From: a virus
Strand: one strand, 5' to 3'
IMG/VR virus record: IMGVR_UViG_3300045988_131485
Length of the DNA: 64,000 nucleotides
This document shows, piece after piece, positions 14,513 through 23,620 of the stretch. The translations under genes and the position numbers were made by a program. Position 1 is the stretch's first letter. Every line of letters starts with the position of its first letter. Below the pieces are notes generated by a model. The model ran no database searches. It saw only the letters and a program-made list of their open reading frames with translations, and was not told the origin of the DNA.

Positions 14513-15670
14513 GTGGTATATCTCGACAATGCTGCCAACGCTCCGGTCTTCCCGGAGGTTCTGGAAGCTATGCTCCCCTGGCTCCGGCCCGATCATGTAG
14601 GCAATCCCGGAAGCCTCCATACCCAAGGGGTCAATGCTCGTGAAGCTGTTGAAAATGCCCGCCGCCAGGTAGCTAAAATGATTGGTGCCGATCCCTCAGA
14701 GGTGTTCTTTACCTCTGGTGGCACAGAGTCGAACAATGCGTGGTTGCAAAACTTTGGCGGCGATTTGATTTTAACAACTGCTCTGGAACACGATTCGGTT
14801 CTGGAACCTATGTCTGCACACTGTCATCGCCATTATATCAAAGTCCACAAAGATGGTAGCGTAGACCTAAATGATCTGGAGCGTTTTTTATCGGATGCCC
14901 ATACTGCTGAGTCTAACTATTTACCTCGTGATGGACGTTCGACAGCTGTTTCTATCATGTGGGTAAATAATGAGCTGGGCACTGTCAATCCTATGAAAGA
15001 AATCGGAACCCTTTGCAAAAGGTATCATGCCGTATTCCATGCCGATGCTGTGCAGGCGGCAGGCCATGTGAATATGAACGTGAAGGACTGCGGAATTGAC
15101 TTCTGCTCTATGTCCGGTCATAAGTTCGGTGCTCCTCTGGGTGTTGGTGTGCTTTATATCAGCAATTCTATCCGTAAATCCCCGTGGATTATCGGTGGAG
15201 GCCAGGAAAACGGAATGCGTGGTGGTACCGAGAACGTTCCGGGAATTGTAGGAATCGGCAAAGCAGCAGAAATCGTTACTGAACGCCTCCAGAACTGGAA
15301 GCTACGGTGGGGATTGCTCAGAGATACATTCTTAACTGATTTGGGGCTAAGAATGCCTGGGGAGTTCTATATCAACGGTGATAGCGAGAACTATTCTTCT
15401 AACATCATCAGCCTGACCATCCCTGGCGTCAACAGCGAATCTCTGCTTCTTCTGTTGGATCAGTTGGATATCTACCTTTCTGCTGGTTCTGCGTGCAGCG
15501 CTGCCAGTGCTAAATCCTCTCACGTTTTGCGTGGTATTGGAATGTCTGATGAAGATGCGGCCTGTACTGTGCGTATTTCAATGGGGTTCAATACCACTGT
15601 TAATGAGATGCACGAAGCGGCAGAGGCTATCGTGACTGCCTCTCATAAGCTGAAATCCATGTATTCTTGA
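14513..15670 (+). CDS. cysteine desulfurase (NifS/IscS class V aminotransferase)
   Basis: VYLDNAANAP N-terminus and PLP-lysine motif SGHKFGAPLGVGVLY. GTG 14513 lies 8 nt after AAAGGAG; the alternative GTG at 14504 is in frame. Confidence 0.85.
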   Translation: MVYLDNAANAPVFPEVLEAMLPWLRPDHVGNPGSLHTQGVNAREAVENARRQVAKMIGADPSEVFFTSGGTESNNAWLQNFGGDLILTTALEHDSVLEPMSAHCHRHYIKVHKDGSVDLNDLERFLSDAHTAESNYLPRDGRSTAVSIMWVNNELGTVNPMKEIGTLCKRYHAVFHADAVQAAGHVNMNVKDCGIDFCSMSGHKFGAPLGVGVLYISNSIRKSPWIIGGGQENGMRGGTENVPGIVGIGKAAEIVTERLQNWKLRWGLLRDTFLTDLGLRMPGEFYINGDSENYSSNIISLTIPGVNSESLLLLLDQLDIYLSAGSACSAASAKSSHVLRGIGMSDEDAACTVRISMGFNTTVNEMHEAAEAIVTASHKLKSMYS

Positions 15671-15671
15671 T

Positions 15672-15687
15672 TAGTGGCAAAGTAAAT
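15672..15687 (+). repeat. junction motif copy (TAGTGGCAAAGTAAAT)
   Basis: Directly after the stop of the cysteine desulfurase gene and before the RBS of the RNA ligase gene. Confidence 0.6.
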
Positions 15688-15705
15688 TAACAAGGAGTGA
15701 ATATA

Positions 15706-17105
15706 ATGTATTGTGCCTATGTTACCAGGATTCACAATCTGAGGAAGCATACCAATGCCGACCGGCTGCTCTGTGGCGAATGTTTCGGTAATACGGTGAT
15801 TGTGGATCTCGGCACCGACCCTGATCAGCTGGGCGTGTACTTCCCTACCGATGGCAAACTCGGTTTGGAGTTCGCACAGAAGAATGACTTGCTGCGGCGC
15901 AAGGATGAGAACGGCGCTCCGGCTGGCGGATACCTTGACCCGGAGAAGCGGAATATTAAGGCTCTCAAGCTCCGGGGCGAGAAGAGCGACGGTCTGTTCC
16001 TCCCTCTCTCCTGTTTAGCTTCTTTTACCGATATCAAGAAGCTCCAAGAGGGCGATACGATCTCTGTGTTGAACGGTATCACTATCTGCGAGAAGTACGT
16101 ACCCGCCGTCAAACGCGCCTCCGGTAGTGGGGGGGTGGCAATCATGTTCGTAAGCGTTCTGATCCTATCTCCCCGCTCTTCCAAGAACACGCTGACACGG
16201 AGCAGTTGGCCTACAACCTCTCCGCATTCCATGCTGGGGATCTGGTAGAAGTTACCCTGAAAATGCACGGAACTTCTCAGCGTACCGGCTATCTGCCTGT
16301 GTTGCAGGGCTATAAATATCGGAACCGTATGGAAAAGCGGCTCTATGAGAGTCGTAAGACCCCGAATGTGATTCGTTCCAAAATCAAGCGGGCACCCATC
16401 TATGATTGGGGCTATGTTACCGGAACCCGCCGCGTGGTTCTGGATACCTTCGATGAGGGAGGCTTCTACGGTAATAACGCTTTCCGCGAAAAACACGCCA
16501 ACGTCTTTGAAGGAAAGCTCCACAAGGGAGAGACGGTCTACTACGAGGTTGTTGGCTTCACTGACGATGGTACGCCCATCATGAATCCCGGAAACAACTC
16601 TAAGCTGAACGACAAGGAGTTTACTAAACAGTACGGTAAAACCACCACATTCAGCTATGGCTGCGCTCCCGATGGTAAGGAACATCCCAAGTCCGATCTT
16701 TTCGTTTACCGCATGACAATGACCAACGAAGACGGTGATGTGGTGGAGTATCCGCCCGACTTTATGCGCTATCGTTGCGAACAGATGGGCGTCAAATGCG
16801 TCCAAGTGTTCTGCCGCACTATCATCCCGGACTTCTACCAGCTCCCCGACGATGTTGGATCTCCGCAGGCAGTGAACGCCGGCGAGTATGTGAAGAAGCT
16901 GGCTGAGAATTTCTACGACGGCCCCGATCCTGTCGGCCATACCCATGTTCGGGAAGGTGTCGTGTGCCGTATTGTCAACCGTCCCAAGTTCGCCGCCTAT
17001 AAGCATAAAAACTTTGCGTTCAAGGCGCTGGAGGGACTGATCAAAGACACCGCCGCCGCGCCTGATATGGAAGAAGCTCAGGATGTTGGAGAACAGAATG
17101 GATGA
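15706..17105 (+). CDS. RNA ligase, Rnl5 (DraRnl/DRB0094-like); reading frame broken at a G7 tract (16129-16135)
   Basis: N-terminal OB-like domain (NADRL.., VYFPTDGKL, KALKLRGEKSDGLFLPL). After the G-run, in the other frame, come motif I TLKMHGTS, EGVVCR and YKHKNFAFK. One extra G fuses the two frames. Confidence 0.8.
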
Positions 17106-17214
17106 AAAAGTCGTTTTTGGCTTTATCAACAACTTCAAAGCTGGGCAGATATGGAGCAGCTTGACTCAAGCCTATACCGGAGAATGATCCGGGATTGTAT
17201 CAAAAAGGAGCGAT

Positions 17215-18048
17215 ATGACGATGACGACTTTGATCCAGAATGAGCAGAAGCGCCAGAAGATTATGGCGCGGATGCGGGAACATCTGGTGCCCGTCTTGGA
17301 GCATTGCAGGGGAGGCTGGGTCGGCCTCTTCCTGCAAGGTTCTCAGAATTATAACCTTGACTATGAGGGTAGCGATATTGACACCAAGGCAATCATGTTG
17401 CCCAGCTTTTCCGATTTCGTGTTGAACGCCAAACCTCTCAGCACTACCCACATTATGGAGAATAACGAACACGTGGATTTCAAAGACATCCGCCTCATGT
17501 TTGACTGTATCAAGAAGCAGAATGTCAACTTTGTTGAGATCCTGTTCACCCCTTACTCCATCATCAACCCGGAGTATGCCGATCTTTTCCAGCCTGTTCT
17601 GGACGCTCGTGAAGAGATTGCCCGATACAACAACTACGCCGGGATGAACTGCATTATGGGTATGGCTCTGGAAAAGCAAAAGGCAATGGAGCACCCCTAC
17701 CCTGCCACAATGGACAAGATTGAGGCATTTGGGTATGACCCGAAGCAGCTTCACCATGCTCTGCGGCTGCGGGAGTTTATGACCCGTTACGAAGCCGGCG
17801 AGCCTTACGCTGACTGTCTTATCAGTAACCAGTGTGATTATCTCAAAGAGGTGAAGCGCGGTTGCTACTCTTTGAAAGAAGCACGGGCACTGATGAGCAC
17901 TGCAATTCAATCTATGACCGAAGACAAAAAGCGCTATATGGATACGGTGTCTGTTTCGATCAACCAGCACGCCAATGAGGTACTGCAAAAGGCTACCGTT
18001 GAAATTCTCAAACGATCCTTCTTAAAGGAAATCCAAGGAGGAGAATGA
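17215..18048 (+). CDS. Pol-beta-superfamily nucleotidyltransferase (RlaP-like, RNA-repair associated)
   Basis: GLFLQGSQNYNLDYEGSDIDTKAI carries the GS..D.D nucleotidyltransferase motif. Sits between the RNA ligase and the kinase-HD protein. Confidence 0.65.
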   Translation: MTMTTLIQNEQKRQKIMARMREHLVPVLEHCRGGWVGLFLQGSQNYNLDYEGSDIDTKAIMLPSFSDFVLNAKPLSTTHIMENNEHVDFKDIRLMFDCIKKQNVNFVEILFTPYSIINPEYADLFQPVLDAREEIARYNNYAGMNCIMGMALEKQKAMEHPYPATMDKIEAFGYDPKQLHHALRLREFMTRYEAGEPYADCLISNQCDYLKEVKRGCYSLKEARALMSTAIQSMTEDKKRYMDTVSVSINQHANEVLQKATVEILKRSFLKEIQGGE

Positions 18049-18049
18049 G

Positions 18050-18964
18050 ATGCCGATGTTTTACATGATGGTTGGCCTCCCTGGTAGCGGGAAGTCATTC
18101 ACTGCCGAAAGCATCCCTAACGCCGTCGTCCACTCCAGCGATGCGATCCGTGCCGAAGTTCTTGGTGACGAGAACGACCAAACCCAACAGGACTTGGTTT
18201 TCCAAACCCTTCACAAAAGGGTTTTGCAGGATCTGGTGGATGGCAAGGATGTGGTGTACGACGCAACCAATATCAACTACAAGCGCCGTATCGGATTCCT
18301 TGATCGTATCCGAGCGCTCCACAAACATGATTTGCGTACAGTATGTCTTTTCATGGCGACGCCCTATGAGGTGTGTTTGGAGCGCAACAATAATCGGGAA
18401 CGTTCTGTCCCGGAGTCTGTAATCCAAAAGATGTACTTCAAATTCGATGTTCCTATGATGGCAGAGGGTTGGGATGAAATCAGGATCGTGGGTGACGAAG
18501 ATCGCCACGACCAGATTGATACCCTTATGCTTCGTCTCTCCAAGCTGGAACATGATAACCCGCACCATGAGTACACGGTTGGTCAGCACTCTATGACGGC
18601 ATGGCAGTATCTGATCAGCCACTATAAAGGTGCCGATGCTGCTCTGCTCCGCGCCACGCTGTTGCACGATATTGGCAAAGAAAAGACTAAAGTATTTCAT
18701 AACATCAAAGGCAACCCCACTGAGATCGCCCACTTCTATCATCATGAGCGTGTAGGAGCTTATGACAGCTTCTGCTATACCGGCGATCTCAGTCCTAACC
18801 AGCGCCTTACTGTGGCGCTGCTGATCCGCTGGCATATGTGGCCGTATGCGGTTGAAAAGTCAGATAATCCGAGTAAGACGGTTAGCAAAATCAAACGTCT
18901 GCTTGGTAATGATATCTGGAACCAGGTCATGGTGTTGAACGCCTGTGACCGCAATGCACACTGA
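18050..18964 (+). CDS. polynucleotide kinase (P-loop) fused to an HD phosphohydrolase domain (RNA end-healing enzyme)
   Basis: Walker A GLPGSGKS with a T4 Pnk/AAA_33-like N-terminal half. The C-terminal half has HD motifs (LLHDIGK, HHERVGAYD). Confidence 0.75.
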   Translation: MPMFYMMVGLPGSGKSFTAESIPNAVVHSSDAIRAEVLGDENDQTQQDLVFQTLHKRVLQDLVDGKDVVYDATNINYKRRIGFLDRIRALHKHDLRTVCLFMATPYEVCLERNNNRERSVPESVIQKMYFKFDVPMMAEGWDEIRIVGDEDRHDQIDTLMLRLSKLEHDNPHHEYTVGQHSMTAWQYLISHYKGADAALLRATLLHDIGKEKTKVFHNIKGNPTEIAHFYHHERVGAYDSFCYTGDLSPNQRLTVALLIRWHMWPYAVEKSDNPSKTVSKIKRLLGNDIWNQVMVLNACDRNAH

Positions 18965-18980
18965 ATAGGAGGAAATAACT

Positions 18981-19439
18981 ATGATTCCCGACATGATCCA
19001 CACTCCCTACATCGCTCCCCGCATCTCTGTTATGGCACCCCCCCCGGTAACTGCTGAACGGTTCGTTGATGAGCTTCTGAGCGGCCTGTGTATGCCGGAC
19101 GGCGGCTTTGTTGCCCATCTCGCTCCCAGCGGAGATCCTTTCTCCAACGGTTGGAATGCGGCAATGAAGCTCCAAGCCAGTCAGCCTACTTCTCGCTGTT
19201 TGCCGATGCCCGTCAATGTGATCTTTCACAACCCGGCCACCATCGTGTTCTGGGATGACGGTGATAAGACGGTTGTGAAGTGCCAGCCCGGTGATACATT
19301 CAGCGCCGAAGCCGGCCTGACTGCTGCCATGCTGAAGAAGTACATGGGCAACGACAATACTTTCAACAAGGTCATCAACGAGTGGCTGGCTCGTGCCAGC
19401 TATGCCAGCGTCCCCGCTCTGCCGGAGGCCACAGAGTAA
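18981..19439 (+). CDS. hypothetical protein (152 aa)
   Basis: ATG after AGGAGG. Contains the in-frame C8 tract (APPPV). Confidence 0.6.
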   Translation: MIPDMIHTPYIAPRISVMAPPPVTAERFVDELLSGLCMPDGGFVAHLAPSGDPFSNGWNAAMKLQASQPTSRCLPMPVNVIFHNPATIVFWDDGDKTVVKCQPGDTFSAEAGLTAAMLKKYMGNDNTFNKVINEWLARASYASVPALPEATE

Positions 19440-19506
19440 CCAATGGACGGTATCATCCTACTGCTTTTGGCTCTGGTGCTGATTTATACGGTAGGATCGG
19501 GCGGCG

Positions 19507-20481
19507 ATGACGACAATCATTGGAACCGGGGAGGTGGGTGCTTTGCATAGCAGAGAAGAGTTGGAAGAGATGCAGCACCTGCCTCTCCAACGCAAAATCC
19601 AGATCACTACTGCTCGTATCATCGAGTGGTATCAGCACTACGACGGGAAGGTCTATGTGGCATTTAGCGGTGGTAAGGATTCTACCGTACTACTCGATAT
19701 TGTGCGGCGGATCTACCCCGATGTGCCTGCTGTTTTCTCTGATACCGGGCTTGAGTTCCCGGAAGTCAGAGAATTTGTTAAGAGCTGTGAAAACGTTACG
19801 ATTGTCCGGCCTGAGATGAACTTCCGTAAAGTTATTGAGGTGTACGGATATCCCGTTGTCTCGAAGCGTGTAGCTGACACTGTGGAATATGGGCATAAGC
19901 CTGGTTCTTTCAGATGGAAAGAGCTACATGGAGAGATCATGCGGAGCAACGGAACGCCGTCAGAGTTCAACTGTGAAAAATGGTGCTATCTATTGGATGC
20001 CCCATTCAAGGTTTCTTCTCGGTGCTGTACAATCATGAAGAAGCAGCCTATGAAGAAATACTCCAAGGAAACTGGTCGAGTGCCTATTATTGCAACTATG
20101 GCAAACGAGAGCAGATCTCGGCGTGCCACATGGTTACGTATGGGATGCAATGCTTTTTCCGGTAAGAAGCCCAGCTCCCAACCCATGTCTTTTTGGACTG
20201 AGGAAGATGTGCTGGAATACCTCTATACCTATCAAGTCCCCTACGCTTCGGTTTATGGCGAGATCGTCAGAACTGATAGGGGGGGGTGGACGACGACAGG
20301 CGAAAAGCGTACTGGCTGTGTCTTTTGTGCCTTTGGCGCTCACCTTGAAAAAGCTCCAAACCGTTTCCAGCGTCTAAAAATCACGCACCCAAAGCTCTGG
20401 GATTACTGCATGAGGCCGTGGGAAGAACATGGTTTGGGTATGCGGCAAGTCCTTGAGTATATTGGTATTCCGGTAGAATAA
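19507..20481 (+). CDS. PAPS-reductase-family PP-loop ATP pyrophosphatase (IbrA/DndC-like)
   Basis: PP-loop VAFSGGKDSTVLLDIV. C-terminal Cys cluster (CVFCAFG). Start is uncertain (alternative ATG 19570). Contains an in-frame G8 tract. Confidence 0.75.
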   Translation: MTTIIGTGEVGALHSREELEEMQHLPLQRKIQITTARIIEWYQHYDGKVYVAFSGGKDSTVLLDIVRRIYPDVPAVFSDTGLEFPEVREFVKSCENVTIVRPEMNFRKVIEVYGYPVVSKRVADTVEYGHKPGSFRWKELHGEIMRSNGTPSEFNCEKWCYLLDAPFKVSSRCCTIMKKQPMKKYSKETGRVPIIATMANESRSRRATWLRMGCNAFSGKKPSSQPMSFWTEEDVLEYLYTYQVPYASVYGEIVRTDRGGWTTTGEKRTGCVFCAFGAHLEKAPNRFQRLKITHPKLWDYCMRPWEEHGLGMRQVLEYIGIPVE

Positions 20482-20504
20482 TACAAATAAAAAAGGAGCG
20501 CCTT

Positions 20505-21161
20505 ATGATTGATGTAATGGAAAACATCAAAAAACTCTCCGCCGCTTTGGATGCGGAAACTGCAAGCCTACATCCTTCCGGCAAGCTGCTTCTGCTTGGT
20601 TCTCAGGATAGCGTGTTCCTGAAAGCCATCAAGCGTAAGGCAGACCAGCTTGGTATCAACTGTGATCATACGTCCAACCCTCTCCCTCCCTATCGAGGGA
20701 TTGTTGTGGATAGTGAAACAGTGTCGTTCAACTCTATTCTCGATCCTGATGTGGATATTGACCACTCTTATTCTCCCGGAATGTCGGCGGTCTCTCAAGC
20801 AGTCATGGATTTGCTAATTGAGTCTGGATTGGTATGGGAGAAGGATATTACCATCGTAGGCCGAGGGCACGCCGTTAAAGAACTGGCGAAGTATTTGGAC
20901 TTTAACAACGCGACGGTTACAGTAGCACATTCCAAAACAAAAAGCCTGTTGCAAGCTACGCAGAACCGGGATGTGGTGATTTACGCAACTCCGATTATCA
21001 CGCAGGATATTTCCTACAATACCCGCGATCTGGTTATTGATCTGGGAAACAGCGTCCCGCATCCTGACCGGCTTAATTGCCCCTATGTAAATCGGATCGG
21101 ACAGCTTACCGTAAGTATATTGCTGAACCGTTTTGCAAAGAAGGAGTCGGTATGGATCTGA
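20505..21161 (+). CDS. FolD-like methylene-THF dehydrogenase/cyclohydrolase (shortened, 218 aa)
   Basis: FLKAIKRKADQLGI is a FolD N-terminal block. ITIVGRGHAVKELAKYLDFNNATVTVAHSKT is the FolD NAD(P)-binding block. Confidence 0.65.
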   Translation: MIDVMENIKKLSAALDAETASLHPSGKLLLLGSQDSVFLKAIKRKADQLGINCDHTSNPLPPYRGIVVDSETVSFNSILDPDVDIDHSYSPGMSAVSQAVMDLLIESGLVWEKDITIVGRGHAVKELAKYLDFNNATVTVAHSKTKSLLQATQNRDVVIYATPIITQDISYNTRDLVIDLGNSVPHPDRLNCPYVNRIGQLTVSILLNRFAKKESVWI

Positions 21162-21362
21162 AATTCAACACAGTATATTTTACCCAAAAACCTATTCCGC
21201 TGCCCCATGCGATTTTTAAGGGCGGCGAAAATAATTCAAATTTAGAAAGGAGCTAATACCAATCCCGGTAAACCGGGTTTCTACAAGATTGATAAGTGTA
21301 GAGTAAAGCCGTCTGTTACAGCGTGAAAGCCATCTGGCCGGTAGCAAGGGAGGATTAGACGG

Positions 21363-22205
21363 TTGACCTCAGCCGAGATGGTTGTGGTCGGTATGAAGCA
21401 CATCGTTTGTTTTTCTGGCGGTCATTCCTCTGCGATTGCCGCCGTGGAAGTAGTTAGAAAGTTCGGAGCAGAGGACACGATCTTGCTCAATCATGATTTG
21501 TGTCCTCGAACCGAAGACGCTGATATCAAGCGTTTCAAAAAACAGGTTTCGGATTATCTGGGCGTTCCCATTACTTACGCCAATATGCCCGGATGGTATG
21601 TTAAGGATCAGTTCGACGTGTGTATGGAAATCAAGGCGTTTAAGGCTGGCGCTCAGTCCACCGCCTTTTGCACCAACAGACTGAAAACCGAACCTTTTCA
21701 TAAATGGCTGTCCGAGCACTATCCCGCAAATCCTCCCGAAGTAAGGGACGATATCTCATTAGTCTATGGCTTTGACGCCAATGAACAGCACCGTATTCGG
21801 CGCAGAGTTGGCATTATGGCCGCGATGGGGTACCAAACAGAGTACCCTTTGACATGGGAGGTACGTACTATCCATGACATCGAGGAGGTTGGGATTGAGC
21901 GTCCGAAGACCTACAGCATTTTCAATCATGCAAATTGTACCGGGTGTCTGAAAGCCGGCAAACAACATTGGTTTGTTGTTTATTGCCTCTATCCTAAAAT
22001 ATGGGAAAAGGCGAAGCTGGCCGAAGACACAATCGGGTACAGTATTCTCAAACAAGGCTATCTTTCAGACTTTGAGGCGGAATTTGCCAAGCTCAAAGAA
22101 AAGGCGTTGCCGCCCACTGAAAAAGCCAAACCTCAAACATTTTGGGCCGCTGCACGAAAGCTCATCAAGGACGACGATGATCTACCGTGTGAGTGCTCAT
22201 TTTAA
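21363..22205 (+). CDS. second PP-loop (adenine nucleotide alpha-hydrolase / PAPS-reductase-like) protein
   Basis: VCFSGGHSSAIAAV is PP-loop-like, and FCTNRLKTEPF resembles a PAPS-reductase block. TTG start lies after GGGAGG; an alternative ATG is at 21393. Confidence 0.55.
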   Translation: MTSAEMVVVGMKHIVCFSGGHSSAIAAVEVVRKFGAEDTILLNHDLCPRTEDADIKRFKKQVSDYLGVPITYANMPGWYVKDQFDVCMEIKAFKAGAQSTAFCTNRLKTEPFHKWLSEHYPANPPEVRDDISLVYGFDANEQHRIRRRVGIMAAMGYQTEYPLTWEVRTIHDIEEVGIERPKTYSIFNHANCTGCLKAGKQHWFVVYCLYPKIWEKAKLAEDTIGYSILKQGYLSDFEAEFAKLKEKALPPTEKAKPQTFWAAARKLIKDDDDLPCECSF

Positions 22206-22218
22206 GGAGTTGTTTAAG

Positions 22219-22785
22219 ATGAAGATTCTTGTAATAGTGGATATGCAAAACGATTTCATCAATGGTGCGCTCGGAACCCCGGAGGCGCAGGCCGCTGTTG
22301 GAGATGTCGCCAAAAAGATTTCTGGCTTTGACGGAGACCTGATTTGCATTACCAAGGACACCCATCGTTCTGCCGACTACCTGAAAACCCAAGAAGGTCA
22401 GCTACTTCCTGTCGAGCACTGCATTGAGGGGACTCACGGCTGGCGGCTCGACGATATCATTGCCACGGCTGTTAGCCATGCGGCTATCGACGCGGAGAAA
22501 AGCGTATCCGTATTCCAGAAAGGTACGTTTGGCTCTGTGGAGTTGGGCGATTACCTGGTAGAGCTTTCCGCCAGAAGGAAGCAGCGCATTGAAGAGATCG
22601 TTTTCGTTGGACTCTGCACCGACATCTGCGTTATCTCTAACGCACTGCTCGTCAAAGCGTTTCTACCTGAGACGAAAATCACCGTTGACGCTGCCTGCTG
22701 TGCCGGCGTTACCCCGGCAAGCCACAAAAATGCTCTGGCTGCTATGAAAGCGTGCCAGATCAATGTGGAGAACTGGGAGGTCTGA
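22219..22785 (+). CDS. pncA: isochorismatase-family cysteine hydrolase, nicotinamidase-like
   Basis: ILVIVDMQNDF, and the catalytic Cys context VGLCTDICV. Confidence 0.75.
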   Translation: MKILVIVDMQNDFINGALGTPEAQAAVGDVAKKISGFDGDLICITKDTHRSADYLKTQEGQLLPVEHCIEGTHGWRLDDIIATAVSHAAIDAEKSVSVFQKGTFGSVELGDYLVELSARRKQRIEEIVFVGLCTDICVISNALLVKAFLPETKITVDAACCAGVTPASHKNALAAMKACQINVENWEV

Positions 22786-22786
22786 A

Positions 22787-23599
22787 ATGATTTTTGTTGA
22801 CGATAGAAGGATTGACTTCACCAGTTTCCCCGACGGTACATCTTCGATCCGTATTGCTCCCAAGCTGGATTTCACATTTTTCGCCATGGGTAAATCCGCT
22901 TACTTCATCCGGTGGATGTACGACAATGATGCCGAGTGTATGCAACTCTGGTATTTGGTGAAGCACCTCAAGAGCGCCGGCAACCCGCTCCTCTATCTGG
23001 AGATGCCGTATATCCCCAACGCCCGTATGGACAGGGTGAAGAACCGCGACGAGGTATTCACGCTCAAGTGGTTCGCCGAGTTTATCAATTCGCTCGGGTT
23101 CGAGTCTGTCAAAGTTCTCGACCCCCACTCTAATGTGGCTATGGCGCTGATTAACCGGGCTGAGACCATGGATGTGAAGCACTACATCGACTATGCAATC
23201 CAGTGGATGGTCAGTCAGGGTATGAATCCTCTGCTGTGTTACCCGGATGAAGGTGCCGCCAAACGATACTCTGAGCTTCTTCCTATGGAGTATGTTTTTT
23301 GCATTAAACATCGTGACTGGCGCACCGGCAAGATTGAGCGGCTGGAGCTGACAGAGCCTGAGAAAGTCAACGGCAGAAATATTCTGATTGTGGACGATAT
23401 CTGCTCTCGCGGTGGGACATTCACCCATACTGCCAAAGCTCTGAAAGAGGCCGGCGCGGAGGAAGTTATGCTCTATGTTACCCACTGTGAGAACACGATC
23501 CTGAAAGGCACTGTGTTGACAGATGGTCTTATCTCTCGTGTATTCGCCACTGATAGCATCCTCCGTATTGATCACGAGAAGATTTCCATTTGCAGATGA
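22787..23599 (+). CDS. ribose-phosphate pyrophosphokinase-like protein (Prs / Adps-like)
   Basis: PRPP-binding loop NILIVDDICSRGGTFTH. ATG 22787 lies 7 nt after GGGAGG. Adjacent to the NAMPT-like gene. Confidence 0.75.
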   Translation: MIFVDDRRIDFTSFPDGTSSIRIAPKLDFTFFAMGKSAYFIRWMYDNDAECMQLWYLVKHLKSAGNPLLYLEMPYIPNARMDRVKNRDEVFTLKWFAEFINSLGFESVKVLDPHSNVAMALINRAETMDVKHYIDYAIQWMVSQGMNPLLCYPDEGAAKRYSELLPMEYVFCIKHRDWRTGKIERLELTEPEKVNGRNILIVDDICSRGGTFTHTAKALKEAGAEEVMLYVTHCENTILKGTVLTDGLISRVFATDSILRIDHEKISICR

Positions 23600-23620
23600 T
23601 TATGAAAAGAGGGTAAAACA

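Noticed and set aside
15825-17138. 437-aa minus-strand ORF opposite the RNA ligase gene, and similar long antisense ORFs at 24083-25129, 37771-38706, 40448-41431, 44775-45623 and 53032-53829
   Set aside because: All lie entirely inside plus-strand genes with recognisable catalytic motifs, and none has an RBS or family motifs. They are treated as non-coding shadow frames.
19444-19551. 35-codon hydrophobic ORF (MDGIILLLLALVLIY..) overlapping the annotated start of the PAPS-reductase-like gene
   Set aside because: There is no convincing RBS, and it is very short. It is noted only because it makes the start of 19507..20481 uncertain (alternative ATG at 19570).
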